Under the pieces are notes generated by a model, which was not told where the DNA came from, made no database searches, and saw nothing but the letters and a program-made list of their open reading frames with translations. A program made the position numbers and the translations under genes. Below are positions 42,889 to 56,337 of a stretch of 64,000 nucleotides of DNA, piece after piece; position 1 is the first letter of the stretch; every line of letters begins with the position of its first letter. The stretch is from Podarcis muralis (Eukaryota), in the NCBI RefSeq assembly GCF_964188315.1, contig NC_135667.1, positions 21,080,001 through 21,144,000 of the forward strand, in the 5' to 3' direction.

Positions 42889-43408
42889 GATGCGGGTGGT
42901 GCTGTGGTCTAAACCACAGAGCCTAGGGCTTGCCGATCAGAAGGTTAGTGGTTCGAATCCCCGCGATGGGGTGAGCTCCTGTTTTTCGATCCCAGCTTCT
43001 GCCAACCTAGCAGTTCGAAAGCACATCAAGTCAGTGGCGTAGCATGGGTTCTCAGCACCCGGGGCAAGGCAAGTAATTTGCGCCCCCTAACCCGTGGATT
43101 TGCGCCCCCTAACCTGTGGATTTGCCCTAACCCCAGATGTTGCGCCCGCTGCGGCCGGCCCCCCCTGCACCCCCCACGCTACGCCACTGCATCAAGTGCA
43201 AGTAGATACATAGGTACCGCTCCGGTGGGAAGGTAAACGGCATTTTCATGTGCTGCTCTAGTTTGCCAGAAGCGTCTTAGTCATGCTGGCCACATGACCA
43301 GCTGTCTGCGGACATACGTGGGCTCCTTTGGCCTATAGAGTGAGATGAGCACGCAACCCCAGAGTCGTCCGCGACTGGACCTAATGGTCAGGTGTACCTT
43401 TACCTTTT
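42889..43408 (+). mobile_element. Sauria SINE with a nested hAT MITE
   Basis: 15-bp TSD acctcaagcaacagg at 42874-42888 and 43409-43423. Confidence 0.9.
43032..43189. mobile_element. GC-rich hAT MITE
   Basis: TIR CAGTGGCGTAGC / GCTACGCCACTG; 8-bp TSD catcaagt. Confidence 0.9.
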
Positions 43409-43629
43409 ACCTCAAGCAACAGGTGTTATGGTGGGACGTGGCCTTTCCTGTGCTCTTCTAATCTAGCCTGATGCCCTCAGCTGTGGTGGAGGATCATTTT
43501 CCATTTCTGTTAATGTACATTTCAGACTTTCCAAGGATCAAAAATCCCCACATTTAAAAAGGGAAAGGTCTACACCAACACTGGGATAGGGAGGCTATCA
43601 TGCAGATACCCCCACATTAATAGAGACAT

Positions 43630-44070
43630 TGTTGCTGTTTAGTCGTTTAGTCATGTCCAACTCTTTGTGACCCCATGGACGCCGGGCACTCCTGTCTTCC
43701 ACTGCCTCCCGCAGTTTGGTCAAACTCATGTTGGTAGCTTCGAGAACACTGTCCAACCATCTCGTTCTCTGTCGTCCCCTTCTCCTTGTGCCCTCCATCT
43801 TTCCCAACATCAGGGTCTTTTCCAGGGAGTCTTCTCTTCTCATGAGGTGGCCAAAGTATTGGAGCCTCAGCTTCAGGATCTGTCCTTCCAGTGAGCACTC
43901 AGGCTGATTTCCTTAAGAATGGATAAGTTTGATCTTCTTGCAGTCCATGGGACTCTCAAGAGTCTCCCCCAGCACCATAATTCAAAAGCATCAATTCTTC
44001 AGCGATCAGCCTTCTTTATGGTCCAGCTCTCACTTCCATACATCACTACTAGGAAAACCATAGCTTTAAC
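43630..44070 (-). mobile_element. RTE-BovB LINE 3' fragment
   Basis: Minus frame MRREDSLEKTLMLGKMEGTRRRGRQRTRWLDSVLEATNMSLTKLREAVEDR is the BovB ORF end; (aac)n-type tail. Confidence 0.9.
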
Positions 44071-46175
44071 AATGGGGACATAGGCAGGTGCAAATCCACA
44101 TTTTGCTCTGGTGTGGACAAACCCTAAGAGCCAATGGGAGAGGAAAGGGGGGAGGCATGCCATCTTGGCTTTGGCCTCCTCAGACAGTAAAATGCCTTGG
44201 GCCAGTCCTGTCTAAATCTCCACAGCTCAAATTGTTATTGCTCCTTGCTGCGGGGTGGAAGTGGAGAATGCTATCTTGATATATTTTCCTGTTTGTTCCC
44301 TCGCCATGCCGTGCCAGTCTTATTAACAGTTGGGAAGGCTAAACCTGCCTCTCCAGCACTGCTGCCCCAATAAAAATGGAATATACTCACCCAAGACTCT
44401 TTTAAAGCTGAATTTAAAAACTCGGTTGATCTGATTACTGGTATTGTTAGTTGCACACACAGTAGGAATTGCATTATTTAGGGGCATGAAGGGAGATTTG
44501 TTGAAAGAATTGTTCTTAGAATATTTGAACCTGTCTGTGACAGAGAGCTGGACAAACTATATGTCTCCCTGATCCAGCCTATCAGAGGGAGGGGTGTTGA
44601 GTGTACTTTTGCCCAACTAGTGTACTCATCCTGGTTTTCATATCCCTGCATATTCATATCTGCATAGTGTATCTGAATATAGCATAAAATCCAATGTGTG
44701 GGAGCCAGGAAAAGAAAAGATTTTGGCTCACATGCTTTGGATTTTACTCTATAGGCTTTTTGCCAGACATTATACTTCTACATGGGCATGCAGGGATGTT
44801 GGGAGAAAAGTCAAGTATGCATGCTCTTCCCCACTCACTGCAATGGGCTGGATCAGAAGAGAGGTATCCTTCAATCTGGTCTAAAGTATGTGGACTTTCT
44901 AGTTTAGCGTCATCTCCTCAGGAGATTGTATGGAAAGAAAAAGGTTGGCCCAAATAACTCAAATACTGAGCAAGCCAACAAAACCACGGGGCTGTTTAGC
45001 AAGGAATTAGCTGGTGTGTCCTTTTCTCAGACCAGTGGCAAGCTCCACGAAGCAGTCTTTGACCAGAGAGTATTATGACATTTTGTAATATCTTATTTAC
45101 TTACAAATGTACAAACAGAGGATGTACCCGGAGATGGAGCAACAATTTTGAAACCAGTATCACTTCTCCAAAATCAACAACATGCCATCACAACTCCCCA
45201 AAACTGCTTCTTGCCAGTCAACTGCAAAAACCAGCCTGCAATCCTGTCCACACTTACCTGTGGACATAATTAATGAGACTTATTTCTAAAGTCACTGGAC
45301 TCAGTGGGACTTACAAGTACACACGCGTTAGATTTGTGCTTCCAGATAGCCTACACTCCAAAATACTGTATCCCTCTCTAACCTTTCACCCAAGTGGCTG
45401 GTGTTTATCCAATGAGCATCTTCCAAACCATCAATGCACTACAGAAGCCTAGAAAAAGACTGGCCTCACTTTGTAGCACCATAACAACATTAAGGGGATG
45501 ATTGTGGGCGAGCACAAGAAACAACACCCATCTCAGAATCAGCAGACACAGCACTATTTTTGAGAATAGAAGTGATTTGATTCTGTTTCTGATAAACAGT
45601 GGCCTAATCAGAAAACATGTATCACCTTCCTTGATGCCACTACCACACCCACCATCCTCCCCTGGCTTAGGGTGTGGTTTTTTTCATGGAAGCTCTGGTG
45701 TGGGTATTAACATTGAGAGTTCCAGTAAGCAGTCTATATTTTAACCGCCCCCGTGCAAAATGACACAGCAATTGCTTCATTTTATTTTCATTTCCCTTTT
45801 TCTTCTTCCTAGCAGTAACCGTTTATTTTTCTGTGGGTGGGAAGAGAGACTCCAGAAGCTGCAGGGAGGGACCAATGTGCCATAAAACCACATTTTTGGG
45901 ACACGGCCACACATATTTCCATATGGTTGCATTTTTCAGTTTTCTTCATGAAGGTCTAGCCTGACAGTGCTTGCAGTCAGCGTAACTATGAATGCCACTG
46001 TGCTGACTGCATTGCAAGTGTGGCTCACCTGTGGCTCTCCATGACGCTGGACTGCCAGATCCTATTGATCCTAGGCAGCATGGCCAGTAGGCAGAGGTGA
46101 TGGGAGTTGTAGTTCATCAACATCTGGAGGGCACCAGATTCTCTATCCCTGCACTGAATTTCCAGATTGTACCTA

Positions 46176-47060
46176 TCATAGAATCTTAAAATTGTGGAGT
46201 TGTAAAAATTTCAACTAAAGCATCCATGACAGATGACCACCCAACCTCTGCTTAGAAACCTCCAAGGAGGAGAGCCCACAACCTCCTGAGGGAGTCCATT
46301 CCACTGTCGAACAGCTCATACTCTCATAAAGTTCTTCCTGTTTAGTCAGAATCTCCTTCCTTGAAACTTGAATACATCGTTCGAATCCTACTTTCTGGAG
46401 TAGGAAAAAACAAGCTTGCTTCATTTTCCTTATGACAGCCCTTTAGATATTTGAAGATGGCAATTAGATCTCCTCTCAGACTCCTTTTTTCCAGGCTAAA
46501 CATACCCAGCCCCCTCAACCGTTCCTCATAAAGCTTGGTTTCCAGACCCTTGATCATCTTGGTCATCCTTGTCTATACATGTTCCAGCTTGTCAATATCC
46601 TTCTTAAATTGTGGCACCCAGAACTGGACACAGTACTCCAGGTGTGGTCTGACCAAGGTAGAATAGAGCAGTACAGTGGTACCTCGAGTTACAAAGACCT
46701 CAGGTTACAAAGGCTTGTTTACAAACTCTGCTAACCCAAAATGAGTTACCTCGAGTTGAGAACTTTGCCCTAGGATGAGAACAGAAATCGTGTGCCGGCA
46801 GCGCAGCGGCAGCAAGAGGCCCCATTAGTGAAAGTACACCTCTAGTTAAAAACAGTTTCAGGTTAAGAAAGGATCTCCAGAACGAATTAAGTTCATAGCT
46901 AGAGGTACCACTGTACTCTTACTTCCCTTGATCGGGACACTATACTTCTGTTGATGCAGAATATCACTAGCTTTCTTTGGCGCTGCATCACACTGTTGAC
47001 TCAGGTTACGCATATGGTCTGCTAAGACCCCTAGATCCAATTCACATGTACTACTGGCAG
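46176..47060 (-). mobile_element. CR1 LINE 3' fragment interrupted by a MITE
   Basis: MIKGLETKLYEERLRGLGMFSLEKRSLRGDLIAIFKYLKGCH is the CR1 ORF2 end; (attctatga)-type tail. Confidence 0.9.
46674..46913. mobile_element. Tc1/mariner-type MITE nested in CR1
   Basis: TA|CAGTGGTACCTC ... AGAGGTACCACTG|TA. Confidence 0.85.
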
Positions 47061-48239
47061 GTCAGGTGTCCCCCATCTTATATTTGTGCAGCTGGTATAA
47101 AATACCTCTTGCATTTCATGACAATGTGGCCTCACTGTTTAATTTTTTACTCTAAACCCCAGTTGCTGCAGCCCTTCTAAAAGTATCTGTACAAAACTGA
47201 TAACAATGTACTCCACAATAAAATCGTTGGTCTTCAAAGGAAACTCTACGTTGTTTTTCCTGAAACAGCTGGTCCAAGGGCAACCTGTAGATATCACCAA
47301 AGCTAGGGGCATAGTTATCTTTTGAATCCCTTCCCCTGCAACGGACAGTCCTGCTTTGCCAGTGCTGTACAATCTTATCTAGGATCAGCAGTCCTGGTTC
47401 AGTTTGTTCTCATTTGCTAGAAGGATGCAGAGGAATTATTAACTAGAGTTAGAAGACAACACCGGGATCTTTCAGGGGGGTATCCTTGGTTGTAGCTGTT
47501 CTAGCAGAGAAAATTTGATTGGTTCTCTTTTTACATCAAACCTTTTTGGGTGCCATTTTTATGGTTTCTTGCCAGGATTTCCTTTTTCTTAAGACACTAG
47601 GCATTCTAACCATGCATGCCCACATCTTCATAATTTGCTTGTGATTCAGATCAGGTATGGAAGTCTTTAAAACATTTTCCTTCAATGTACTTCTTTCGCT
47701 TTTTATTTGATGGGCTATGCTTCCTTTTTATACTTGCCGCAGTTTAGTTTTCCTTTTGTTCTGATGATCGTATGTTGATTTATTAATTGTTCACAGCTTT
47801 TGAGTTCATTTTTTAGGAGAAAGCGGGGTACAACTGCTTAAAACAAACGAGATTCCCCCTCCAAAGAAACGCTTCACTTTTTGCATTTAGTTTCCACCGC
47901 AACCCCTTTTAAAGCGGGTAACAGAAATCTTTAGTAGTCTTGTCCATTTAGTTGGATTTGCTGCGACACTATCCTCTAAAATTCCTACGCAGCTCCATTC
48001 TGTTTTATTAATATTGCAATCCCGTACATACTTGACAGTAAGTCCGACTGGTATCCAGCGGGGCTTACTTAGGAAGAAGCTCGCACAAGAGCAACAACTT
48101 CTCTGTCCCCAAAATGAAGTCTTCCCCACCCCTGAAAGAACTTTAGTGGCTCTGCTATGCGTATGCGCTGCACCACCCTCGAAAAGCAGGATTTAAGCAG
48201 CCCCAGCTCCATCATGCTTTGCATTAAATGCCGACGGTA

Positions 48240-49250
48240 GAGTAGACCCGAAGCCTGACGCCCCATGGTAATTACTACAACTCCCAGGAGACCCTCGTGC
48301 AGAAGGTTTCTCATTGGCCGCAGCCCTCGTTCAAGAGAATAGGCAGAGGCTGATTTTCAAAGAGCTGCAGCAGCAAATTACAAAAAGAATCACTATTGAC
48401 AGTGCTGTGGGCGGGGGGATAATCACATGTAAGGGCAAAATGTGATACAAGATAAAAGGTGAAGTTTGCCGAAAGAGAAGGTTGGCAGTTATATGTATCT
48501 ATATAAAACATTTTTATTAAATTTTCTGTTTTACAATTTAGAATACTCATTTAAACAACCTTAAAATATCAATGACTTCCCTTCTTCTCTTTCCATGGTT
48601 CATTTTGCATATCATATATCTCTGCATATTTTACAAAAACTAAACCATTTAGTATTCCATTATTACATCCATCAAAAGGGAAGGGTGGCAGTTTGAAAGA
48701 GCAGTTCGCTTCTCGCCATCGGAAGATTAGTGGGCTAACTCAGAGAGTTTAATCCCGCATAAGCAGGACAGTCAGCAGCAGCTCGCTCAAGCGAATGAGC
48801 CGTGGCAGATAAAATAGGCAATATCCCCGTTCCCTCTTTTTTGCTGGAACCCATAGGGAAATCACACGCGAACTTCCACTTAGCGCCGCAGTAATGACGG
48901 ACGCACTCATGAAACGTCACTGAAGCTATTCCCTGCCACTGGCAACGGGGCAAGGCTTGCCGGGGTTTCGCATCCGGGAACTCGAGCAGGCAGTTCCCAT
49001 TATGCCAGCAACAGTATGCGGGGATGTGCGGTAGAGCTTTCCTCGATGCGCAAACAGCAGAACGTATGTATGGCTTGACGCGTGTTCAGGATATGTTTAG
49101 TGCGTGTAACCGGGGCACGTGTGCACGCCGGTTATACAGGCGCGCCTGCAGCAAATGTGATTCAAGGCTACAGTAAGATCTCGCATTGTCAGGCCGCATG
49201 GCATGTTGGGATTTTGGCCTCTGTTCAGTGGTGCCTGGCCGTGGTGCATG
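48240..49250 (+). promoter_or_regulatory. CpG-rich promoter / non-coding first exon region of SGF29
   Basis: ACTACAACTCCCAG at 48274-48287, ATTGG at 48313-48317, CpG enrichment over about 48650-49250, and a candidate donor ACA|GTAAGA at 49173. Exact exon 1 not resolved. Confidence 0.55.
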
Positions 49251-49987
49251 CTGGGAGTGTGGTTCTAAGCGGGATTGTTATATTTAATTCTGGTGCAGCA
49301 TAAGTGTCTGAAGCCTAAATAAATGAAGAACCAAAGGAAGCCCATTGAGGGATGTGATAGTAAATGGCCAGTTAGTCTCAGACTTAACAAATGATTTATG
49401 CTGTTTCTTCAAAACAACAGATTTCTGCCAGCAAGGATACAAATAGTATTGAAAGTGGGATTGTGTATGACAGTCCACCAAAATCATCATGAATGAAGGA
49501 CAGTTGGAGGGGCTCTGAGTTAACATGGAATAATTCCCAGCACATTATTCGGCATTCTACTGCAGAATGGAATCCCTTCATCAATAAATGTGTTTAGGGG
49601 GGAAACCCTATTTTTTTTATCACACTGCTTTGCATAATTGCATGTATTAAGAGCTATCATTATCTTGATAGGTGCTGTTCATTGAGGTCACCCCAAGCAC
49701 ACTTGTTCTGTATCCTATGTGTAAGTCCCTCCCAACTCTACAGTTCTGTGGTTCTAAGGATAAACCTCTTCTGCAATCCTGAAAAAACAGGTCCACATTT
49801 GTGACAGTAAACAAGCCCTCAATCCCATTCACCCCTCCTCCCAACTCTTAGGAAAAACTATTAGCTTTGCTGTGTGTTGAAGGACAGAATTTCCACAGAA
49901 TATAATAGCATAGTCAAGATAAAGCACAACATAGGAAATCATTTTTTGAGTTAAATTTTATTTTCTTTTTTTATCCCTTTCAGTAAC

Positions 49988-52900
49988 ATGGCTCTGGTAT
50001 CAGCCGATTCCCGCATCGCTGAGCTCCTGGGGGAGTTGCACCAGCTTATCAAACAGACACAGGTAACATGGTAGCTTTCCTGGAATCTGAAGCGATAGGA
50101 AGTGAGTTGGGTCAGATAAAGAGAGTCTTCTTTGCTTGTGGAAGTCCAGCACAGGAGAAGAAAGGGCCTCTCCAGCAGTTTCTTGGGATGGAAGGAACAT
50201 GGTAATTTGTGGCTGCCATTTTGTTTTGATGCTGTGTCAAGCGTCTGTATCCTGAGGGATGGACAGAATATTGGTTTGAGTGTGGCAGGTTGGGTGAATA
50301 TGGTCTGTGTATTAAAGTAGATACTCTGTATGGCTGGTAAAGTAACCCATAAGCTCTTTCCTTCCTAGGAGGAACGATCAAGAAGTGAACACAACCTAGT
50401 CAACATCCAGAAAACGCACGAGAGAATGCAGACAGAAAACAAGAGTGAGTTGCAACTCCACTCCACTTTAAAACATCTGCTTTATACTCTCCAAGACCTC
50501 AGTTCTTTCCTGGTTTTTCTATTTTAGATACCACTAGACCAAAGGGCTAGGGGTGAGGGAAGAATTGTGGGAGACTGAAACCTTGGCCTCCTGTTTACTG
50601 TCTCATCTCCCTGTCTGTCTCCCTCTCAGTATCTCCATATTATCGGACCAAATTACGTGGCCTCTACACAACAGCCAAGGCTGATGCAGAAGCAGAATGC
50701 AAGTGAGTGCAGCTCAGTGTTATGTTCCAGTAGGGATACTTCGACTCCCTTAAGAAATTCCCATTGACTCTTACTTGGGGTTTCTGCCTCCTTTTCTAGC
50801 ATCCTGCGCAAGGACTTGGACAAGATTGCAGAAATTAAGTCTCTTCTGGAAGAACGCCGCATAGGTGAGTGCTGCAAGGTCCCAAGAAGGCAAGATCAGT
50901 TGTGTTGGGTGAATAGCTTTAGAGCTCTGGAGCAAACAGCTTCAAACCATCCCAGCATAAGCCAACAACATTTTAACTAGCCAAGGGAGCAGGAGAAATA
51001 GAGAGCCGGCGGTGTATGGCTTTCCAAGCTATTTCGTGGGCAATCTTTGGGTGAGTTTGATTTCCCTGAGCGGTGGTGTGGTTGAAATAAGTCAGCTGAG
51101 GGTCCTCTCCTCTCTCCAGGAAGGAAATGGGGAAGCCAGGGGCGAAAACAAAAGCATCTTGTCAGTCATTGTGAGAAAAAGATGCTGGAGTAGATGGACC
51201 ATTGGCCTGATCTATCAGGCTCTTCTTATGTTCTTAAGAGCTTCCTGGACACTAACCAAGCCCTCCTTGTTGTTTCCCTCTCCTCTTAACAGCTGCCAAG
51301 ATTGCCGGCCTCTACAACGACTCGGAGCCACCACGCAAAACCATGCGCCGCGGTGTGCTGATGACGCTCCTTCAGCAGTCGGCCATGACTCTTCCCTTGT
51401 GGATTGGGAAACCTGGAGAGAAGTGATTATTCGGGGGGCGCATGGTGGGTGCTGGGGACCTCTCCTGTGCGTTTATGCTTCAGGCCTGCTTACAGCCGCT
51501 TCTCTCTCCCTCTCCACCGCAGACCTCCCCCTCTCTGTGGTGCCATCCCTGCCTCTAGCGACTACGTGGCCAAGCCAGGCGACAAAGTGGCTGCTCGTGT
51601 CAAGACGGTCGACGGAGACGAGCAGTGGATCTTGGCTGAGGCCGTGAGCTACAACCACGCCACCAACAAGTGAGTGTGTCTGGTAGATCTGGGGCTACAG
51701 GACTGCGCTAGAAGGCAGTCTGGGGTTCCACTTCCTTCAGTCACAGGTAGCATTCGGCTTGGGGAGCCCTGTGTTTGGACAGGCATCCGGGACCAGGAAT
51801 GGGTGTTTCAGTCACCAGAAGTTGGATTTTGAAGTCTGTGGATGCTTGGCCTTCCCTGCCTAAAGCCTTCAGGAAGAAATGTATTGTCAGAAAGGATTCT
51901 TCAAGAGGTCTGGTGGTGGTTTGGGCATGTCTGGGTGCCAATGACTGAGCCCAAATTGATGTATGAATGAATGCAACGGTCACCTGGGCCTGTTCTCTAG
52001 GAGGTGCTGAAAAGTGAGCAGCTACATCTTCAGAGAAAGTGGCTTCGTGGTGGCTAATGCAGGCATGGGGAACCTTTGGCCCTTCAGCTGTTTCTGAGCT
52101 GCAATTCCCATCAGCACCAGCAAACAAGACCAGTGGCCGGAATTGATGGGAGTTGTATTTCAACATCTGGAGAGCCAAGTGGGAGAGGAACATTGCGGAA
52201 AAGCCTGGTTGGTTCCTGCTGTCCTTTTCGGAGGTCAGCGCTGGGTTTGTGTTTTCTTTGGTGCCTTCTTTGACACAGATGTAAAAGTTCTGTAATGAGC
52301 AGCTCTGAAGTAGGGCAAGGTTATTTGCATTCCCAGAATTGTCTTCACCAAATGGTACTCTTGGAAGTCCTGAGCTGAGGTTCTGGCCTGTGTTTTGCTG
52401 GGTGACCCAGTTTCTCCTGGCTCACCCTGGCTTTGGACATGCCGTCTTCTGGCTTCATAGCCCAGAGCCTCATTTTCAGAAGCGATGAGCTATTGTGCAT
52501 CAAATGTCCACAGCCTCTTACTAGACAATGCCAGGCCATGCTGCAGGCCAGGCCTACTTCAGGAAAGGTCCTCTACCATCTTGGTGGAAATGGCTTGTTA
52601 GCTTTGTTGCTTGAAGTATAAAGATTGGCACATCTATTACTATTATTTTTATTACCGTAATTTTGATTTATTGGCTGCCTTTCACCCTAGGGTCCCGGGG
52701 TGGGCCACAGTAAATTAAAACACAACATCAAAAATGGTTTAAAATAAATCACAAACACAACAATCAAGTGGGTCCTAAAATATACATCTCAGTAGAGGTA
52801 TGTCCTGACAAGTTGCTGTGACCATTCCCCCCCCCCCTTATTGCCTCTTTGGTTCTGATAATGACTTTCTAACAGAGAAGATTCTGACTTCAGCAGCTAA

Positions 52901-54615
52901 ATGATATAAAATAAATTATCTAGGCATTCTACCTAGGTGACCATACCACAAAACCTGTGTTGCATTTGTGTTAGGTGCAGAAACATTTTCTAAAGAAGAT
53001 GGATCCTAACTTTCCCATGCACACCGCTTGGTGTCCATGGGAAAGTTGGATTCTACCTTCATTTTTCTTGCTTACATTGAATTCTCACCTGCCGTGTTCT
53101 CTTCCCCAGGTATGAGGTGGATGACATTGACGAAGAAGGGAAAGAGTAAGTGAAGAAGAGACTCTTGAAGGGGATGAGGGAATGTCAGATTTGCCCCTCC
53201 TTAATTTCTGCTTCTTCTCTCCAGGCGCCACACCTTGAGCCGCCGCCGCATCATCCCCCTGCCCCAGTGGAAGGCCAACCCTGAAACAGACCCTGAGGCC
53301 TTGTTCCAGAAAGATCAGCTGGTCCTGGCCTTGTACCCACAAACTACCTGTTTCTACCGAGCACTTATCCACACTCCTCCACAGCGGGTAAGGAAGAGGC
53401 CACAGGACAGGGCAGCTGAGACTCCGACTCTTTCTCTCCCGTTGGTCTTGCACTGTCTCCTTTAGGCCACCATAAAAACCGCCTTGCCCGAACGAGACCA
53501 AAAAGTCCATTTAGCCTGGCATTCTGCTTCTGACAGAATCCTGCCAGATACCTCTGAAAAACCCCAGTCTGTCCCTTGATAGCCATCTCCAGCGGTTTGT
53601 TGTCAACATCTGGCTCTGAACATAAAAGTTTTGCTTCTTCTTGCTCTGACTAATAGCCACGGAGGCCTACTGCCCATGAATTTTGTCTAAACTATTTCGG
53701 AAGCCATCTAACCTGCTTCCCACATATAAAGCTGCTTTATATGGTGTCAGTTCATTGGTCTCCAGATGTTGTTGAACTACAACTCCCATCCCCTCTAGCT
53801 AGCAAGTCCAGAGCTCAGGGATGATGGGAGTTGTAGTCCAAAAATATCTGGGGACCCACAGGTTGAGAACCGCTAAGCCGAGCAACGCCTGCCCTGGCTG
53901 ACGACCACTTTCTGCCAGAGGTCTTTCCATTCTCCTTCTATCCAAGCATTTGAAATGGAGATACTGGGAGACTGAGTTTGGGTTCTTCATGCATACCGTG
54001 AGCACTGCTGCAGCTATAATGGTCTCGTTTGGATGTGGGGCTAAACTATGGTTTGGCATTGTGTGCTAACCTTGTTACACTGTGGTTAGTCTTACTGAAA
54101 CGAGCCCTCTTCAAACCACGGTTGATTCCCACAGCCATTGCAGGAGGAGAAAAAAGGGGAGCTTGTTCGTGAAACGCTGAGCTGGAGTTCTAGTTGCATC
54201 CACGTGAAGCGAATGCATGTGTTGCTGTCATCTAGCACTTCCCCAATGTGGGGCTTTATCCTGTGCCCCCCCCCGGGTCTTTGTGCCTGTGATTCTGTGA
54301 ATTGCAAGTGTTGGAAGGTAGCAGGGGTCTGGGGCAGGGACAGCCTGCTTTGACCAAGTCATCCTACAAAGTAGTTGATTAACATTGCTCTTAGGGTGAA
54401 TTTCCTCTGGGGTTATCTGTTGAGGTCATGGGACCTGGGGCCTTTCCCCTCTGTGAGATAATGCATAACTTTCTCCTCTGCCCCCCTCTCTCTCTCAGCC
54501 GCAGGACGATTACTCTGTGCTGTTTGAAGACACCAGCTATGCAGACGGCTACTCTCCACCCCTCAATGTAGCTCAGCGCTATGTAGTGGCTTGCAAAGAA
54601 ACCAAGAAGAAGTGA
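49988..54615 (+). CDS. SGF29: SAGA complex associated factor 29 (CCDC101), 293 aa
   Basis: Exons 49988-50062, 50369-50444, 50630-50702, 50800-50864, 51293-51422, 51523-51669, 53110-53145, 53225-53387, 54499-54615 sum to 882 bp. Reads MALVSADSRIAELL..; double Tudor residues LYPQTTCFY and VLFED are intact. Confidence 0.98.
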
Positions 54616-54690
54616 CAGCACCCTCTAGTGGATGCTGGTGGCGTGGCGAGGAACCAGATCTCTCAAATGGACTGTTACAATTGCAGAGTT

Positions 54691-54696
54691 AATAAA
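54691..54696 (+). terminator. Poly(A) signal, SGF29
   Basis: AATAAA 75 bp after TGA. Confidence 0.75.
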
Positions 54697-54959
54697 ACAG
54701 AAACTGATAGGTGCAGGAGACAGGTTTTTAAATCCAGAGTAATATAGATCCCATGTCCACTAACCACAACAGCACACTGCAAAGCGATAGAAATGTTTTA
54801 CATGAATTCTGTACTTTGGGGAATTAAGGCAGAGGTTTGACTTGTGGGCAAGCTTGGGCTTCAGACCAAATGGATTCAAGGCATTGGATATTGAGCAGCC
54901 ATTAAATCTCATTTGGTGGCCTTGGGCAACTGAGCATCTCAGCCTGGCCTATAATAATT

Positions 54960-55036
54960 TTTATAATTATAATTATAATTTTATTATATATACCCCACCA
55001 AACTGGCTGGGTTTCCCCAGCCACTCTGGGCGGCTA
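54960..55036 (-). mobile_element. L2 3' tail
   Basis: tttattatatataccccacc..ctggctgggtttccccagccactctgggcggc; the same tail occurs at 59815-59958 (+) and 63815-63877 (-). Confidence 0.7.
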
Positions 55037-55937
55037 TATGGGTGTTGGGAAACACAAAAAGAGAGGGTGAGGAAAGAGCCATGTGTGCTGCCCCAAATAA
55101 AAATGCCATTCACAAAATGGTGGTCTTGCAAGCCCAACAACATCAGTGTGGCTGGCTCTGGATTCAGAGTTTAGAATTGTGAGGGTTTTCTCTTCACGGG
55201 GAATGGGATATTAACATTTTCAGGCCTGGTGTCTTTACCAGCTTAAAAAGCACGTTTCCAGCTTAAAATGCACCTAAGTCATTCTTGATTTGGATCAAAA
55301 CTGGTTTGGTGGGAAGTTCATCAAAATTTAGCAATTAATAAAGAACAGCAGGATATTTGTGAACTGTGGTTGACGTCCTGTGTAGATGATTTCCAGACCA
55401 GCGGTGGGGGTTCACAGGATACAGACTGAGTCTCTCTCTAAGGCCCCACCCCTCTCCATCACCCGATTCCTTTCAGCCATAAAAGGCCCTTGTTCATCTC
55501 ATTTTTGGCCTCTCTCCTGTGTGGCTGTGAACTTTGCCAGTCAGTTTTAAGCTTGTTAAAAATTCATTTAATCTTTACAGGGTTTGCAGATTAACACTGT
55601 TAAACAGATCCGCCCAGCCACTGATAAAAACGCTGCCAAGACTTGAGCAGGGTTTGATACCTTTGCCTCAAGTTTGGTTCTTTGGCATTTTGTCGAATAA
55701 ACAAGGTATTGTTACGAGTTTGTGCGTGCCGGACCCCTTTGATCCCTGGAATTAGGCAAGTGTTAAAAACTAATCCAGCCAGACTAGTCTGCCAAGGAAG
55801 GGGCTGTGGGAGATGCAATTGGGTGGAGCCCCTCCCTCAACTTGTGAGAAGGAATAAAAGTCAGAGTTGAGAGTATGTGAGCCAGAAGTTGCATGCAAAA
55901 GCTACATCCTGGAACAGCAGAGAGCACCATCCAAGAT

Positions 55938-56150
55938 CTCTGCTTGAATCCAAGGCTATGGCAATAGGAGAAACAAGACCCTTTTGGGGTGTTGATGTTT
56001 TGAAGCCCTCCATTGTAGGCTCAGGCTGTATATGTGTGTAAATAAGTCATATAACACAAATACACCACAGTCTTCCCTGAGCCTGATTTCAAAAGGAAAT
56101 ATGAACCCGGGGTAAGTGCCTGGAATCTTGCACCACTCAGAGATTGGGGT
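55938..56150. repeat. About 200-bp LTR-like segment shared with 63347-63545
   Basis: tgcttgaatccaag..gaaacaagacccttt..ccctccattg(t/c)aggctcagg..tgtgtaaata..accacagtct..aaaaggaaa..tggaatct occurs in both places. Confidence 0.65.
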
Positions 56151-56173
56151 GGCACAAACACACTTCCGGGCTG

Positions 56174-56337
56174 CAGTGGCGTAGCGTGGGGGGTGCAGGG
56201 GGGCCGGCGGCACCGGGCGCAACATCTGGGGGGGCGCGCTTGCACTCGCAGCTCTCTGCCCCTACCTAAATCCACGGGTTAGGGGGCGCAAATTACTTGC
56301 CTTGCCCCGGGTGCTGACAACCCACGCTACACCACTG
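56174..56337. mobile_element. GC-rich hAT MITE (same family as 43032-43189, opposite orientation)
   Basis: TIR CAGTGGCGTAGC / GCTACACCACTG; 8-bp TSD ccgggctg. Confidence 0.9.

Noticed and set aside
51012-51647. 211-aa ORF, the longest in the track
   Set aside because: Out-of-frame overlap of SGF29 exons and introns; the real frame encodes SGF29.
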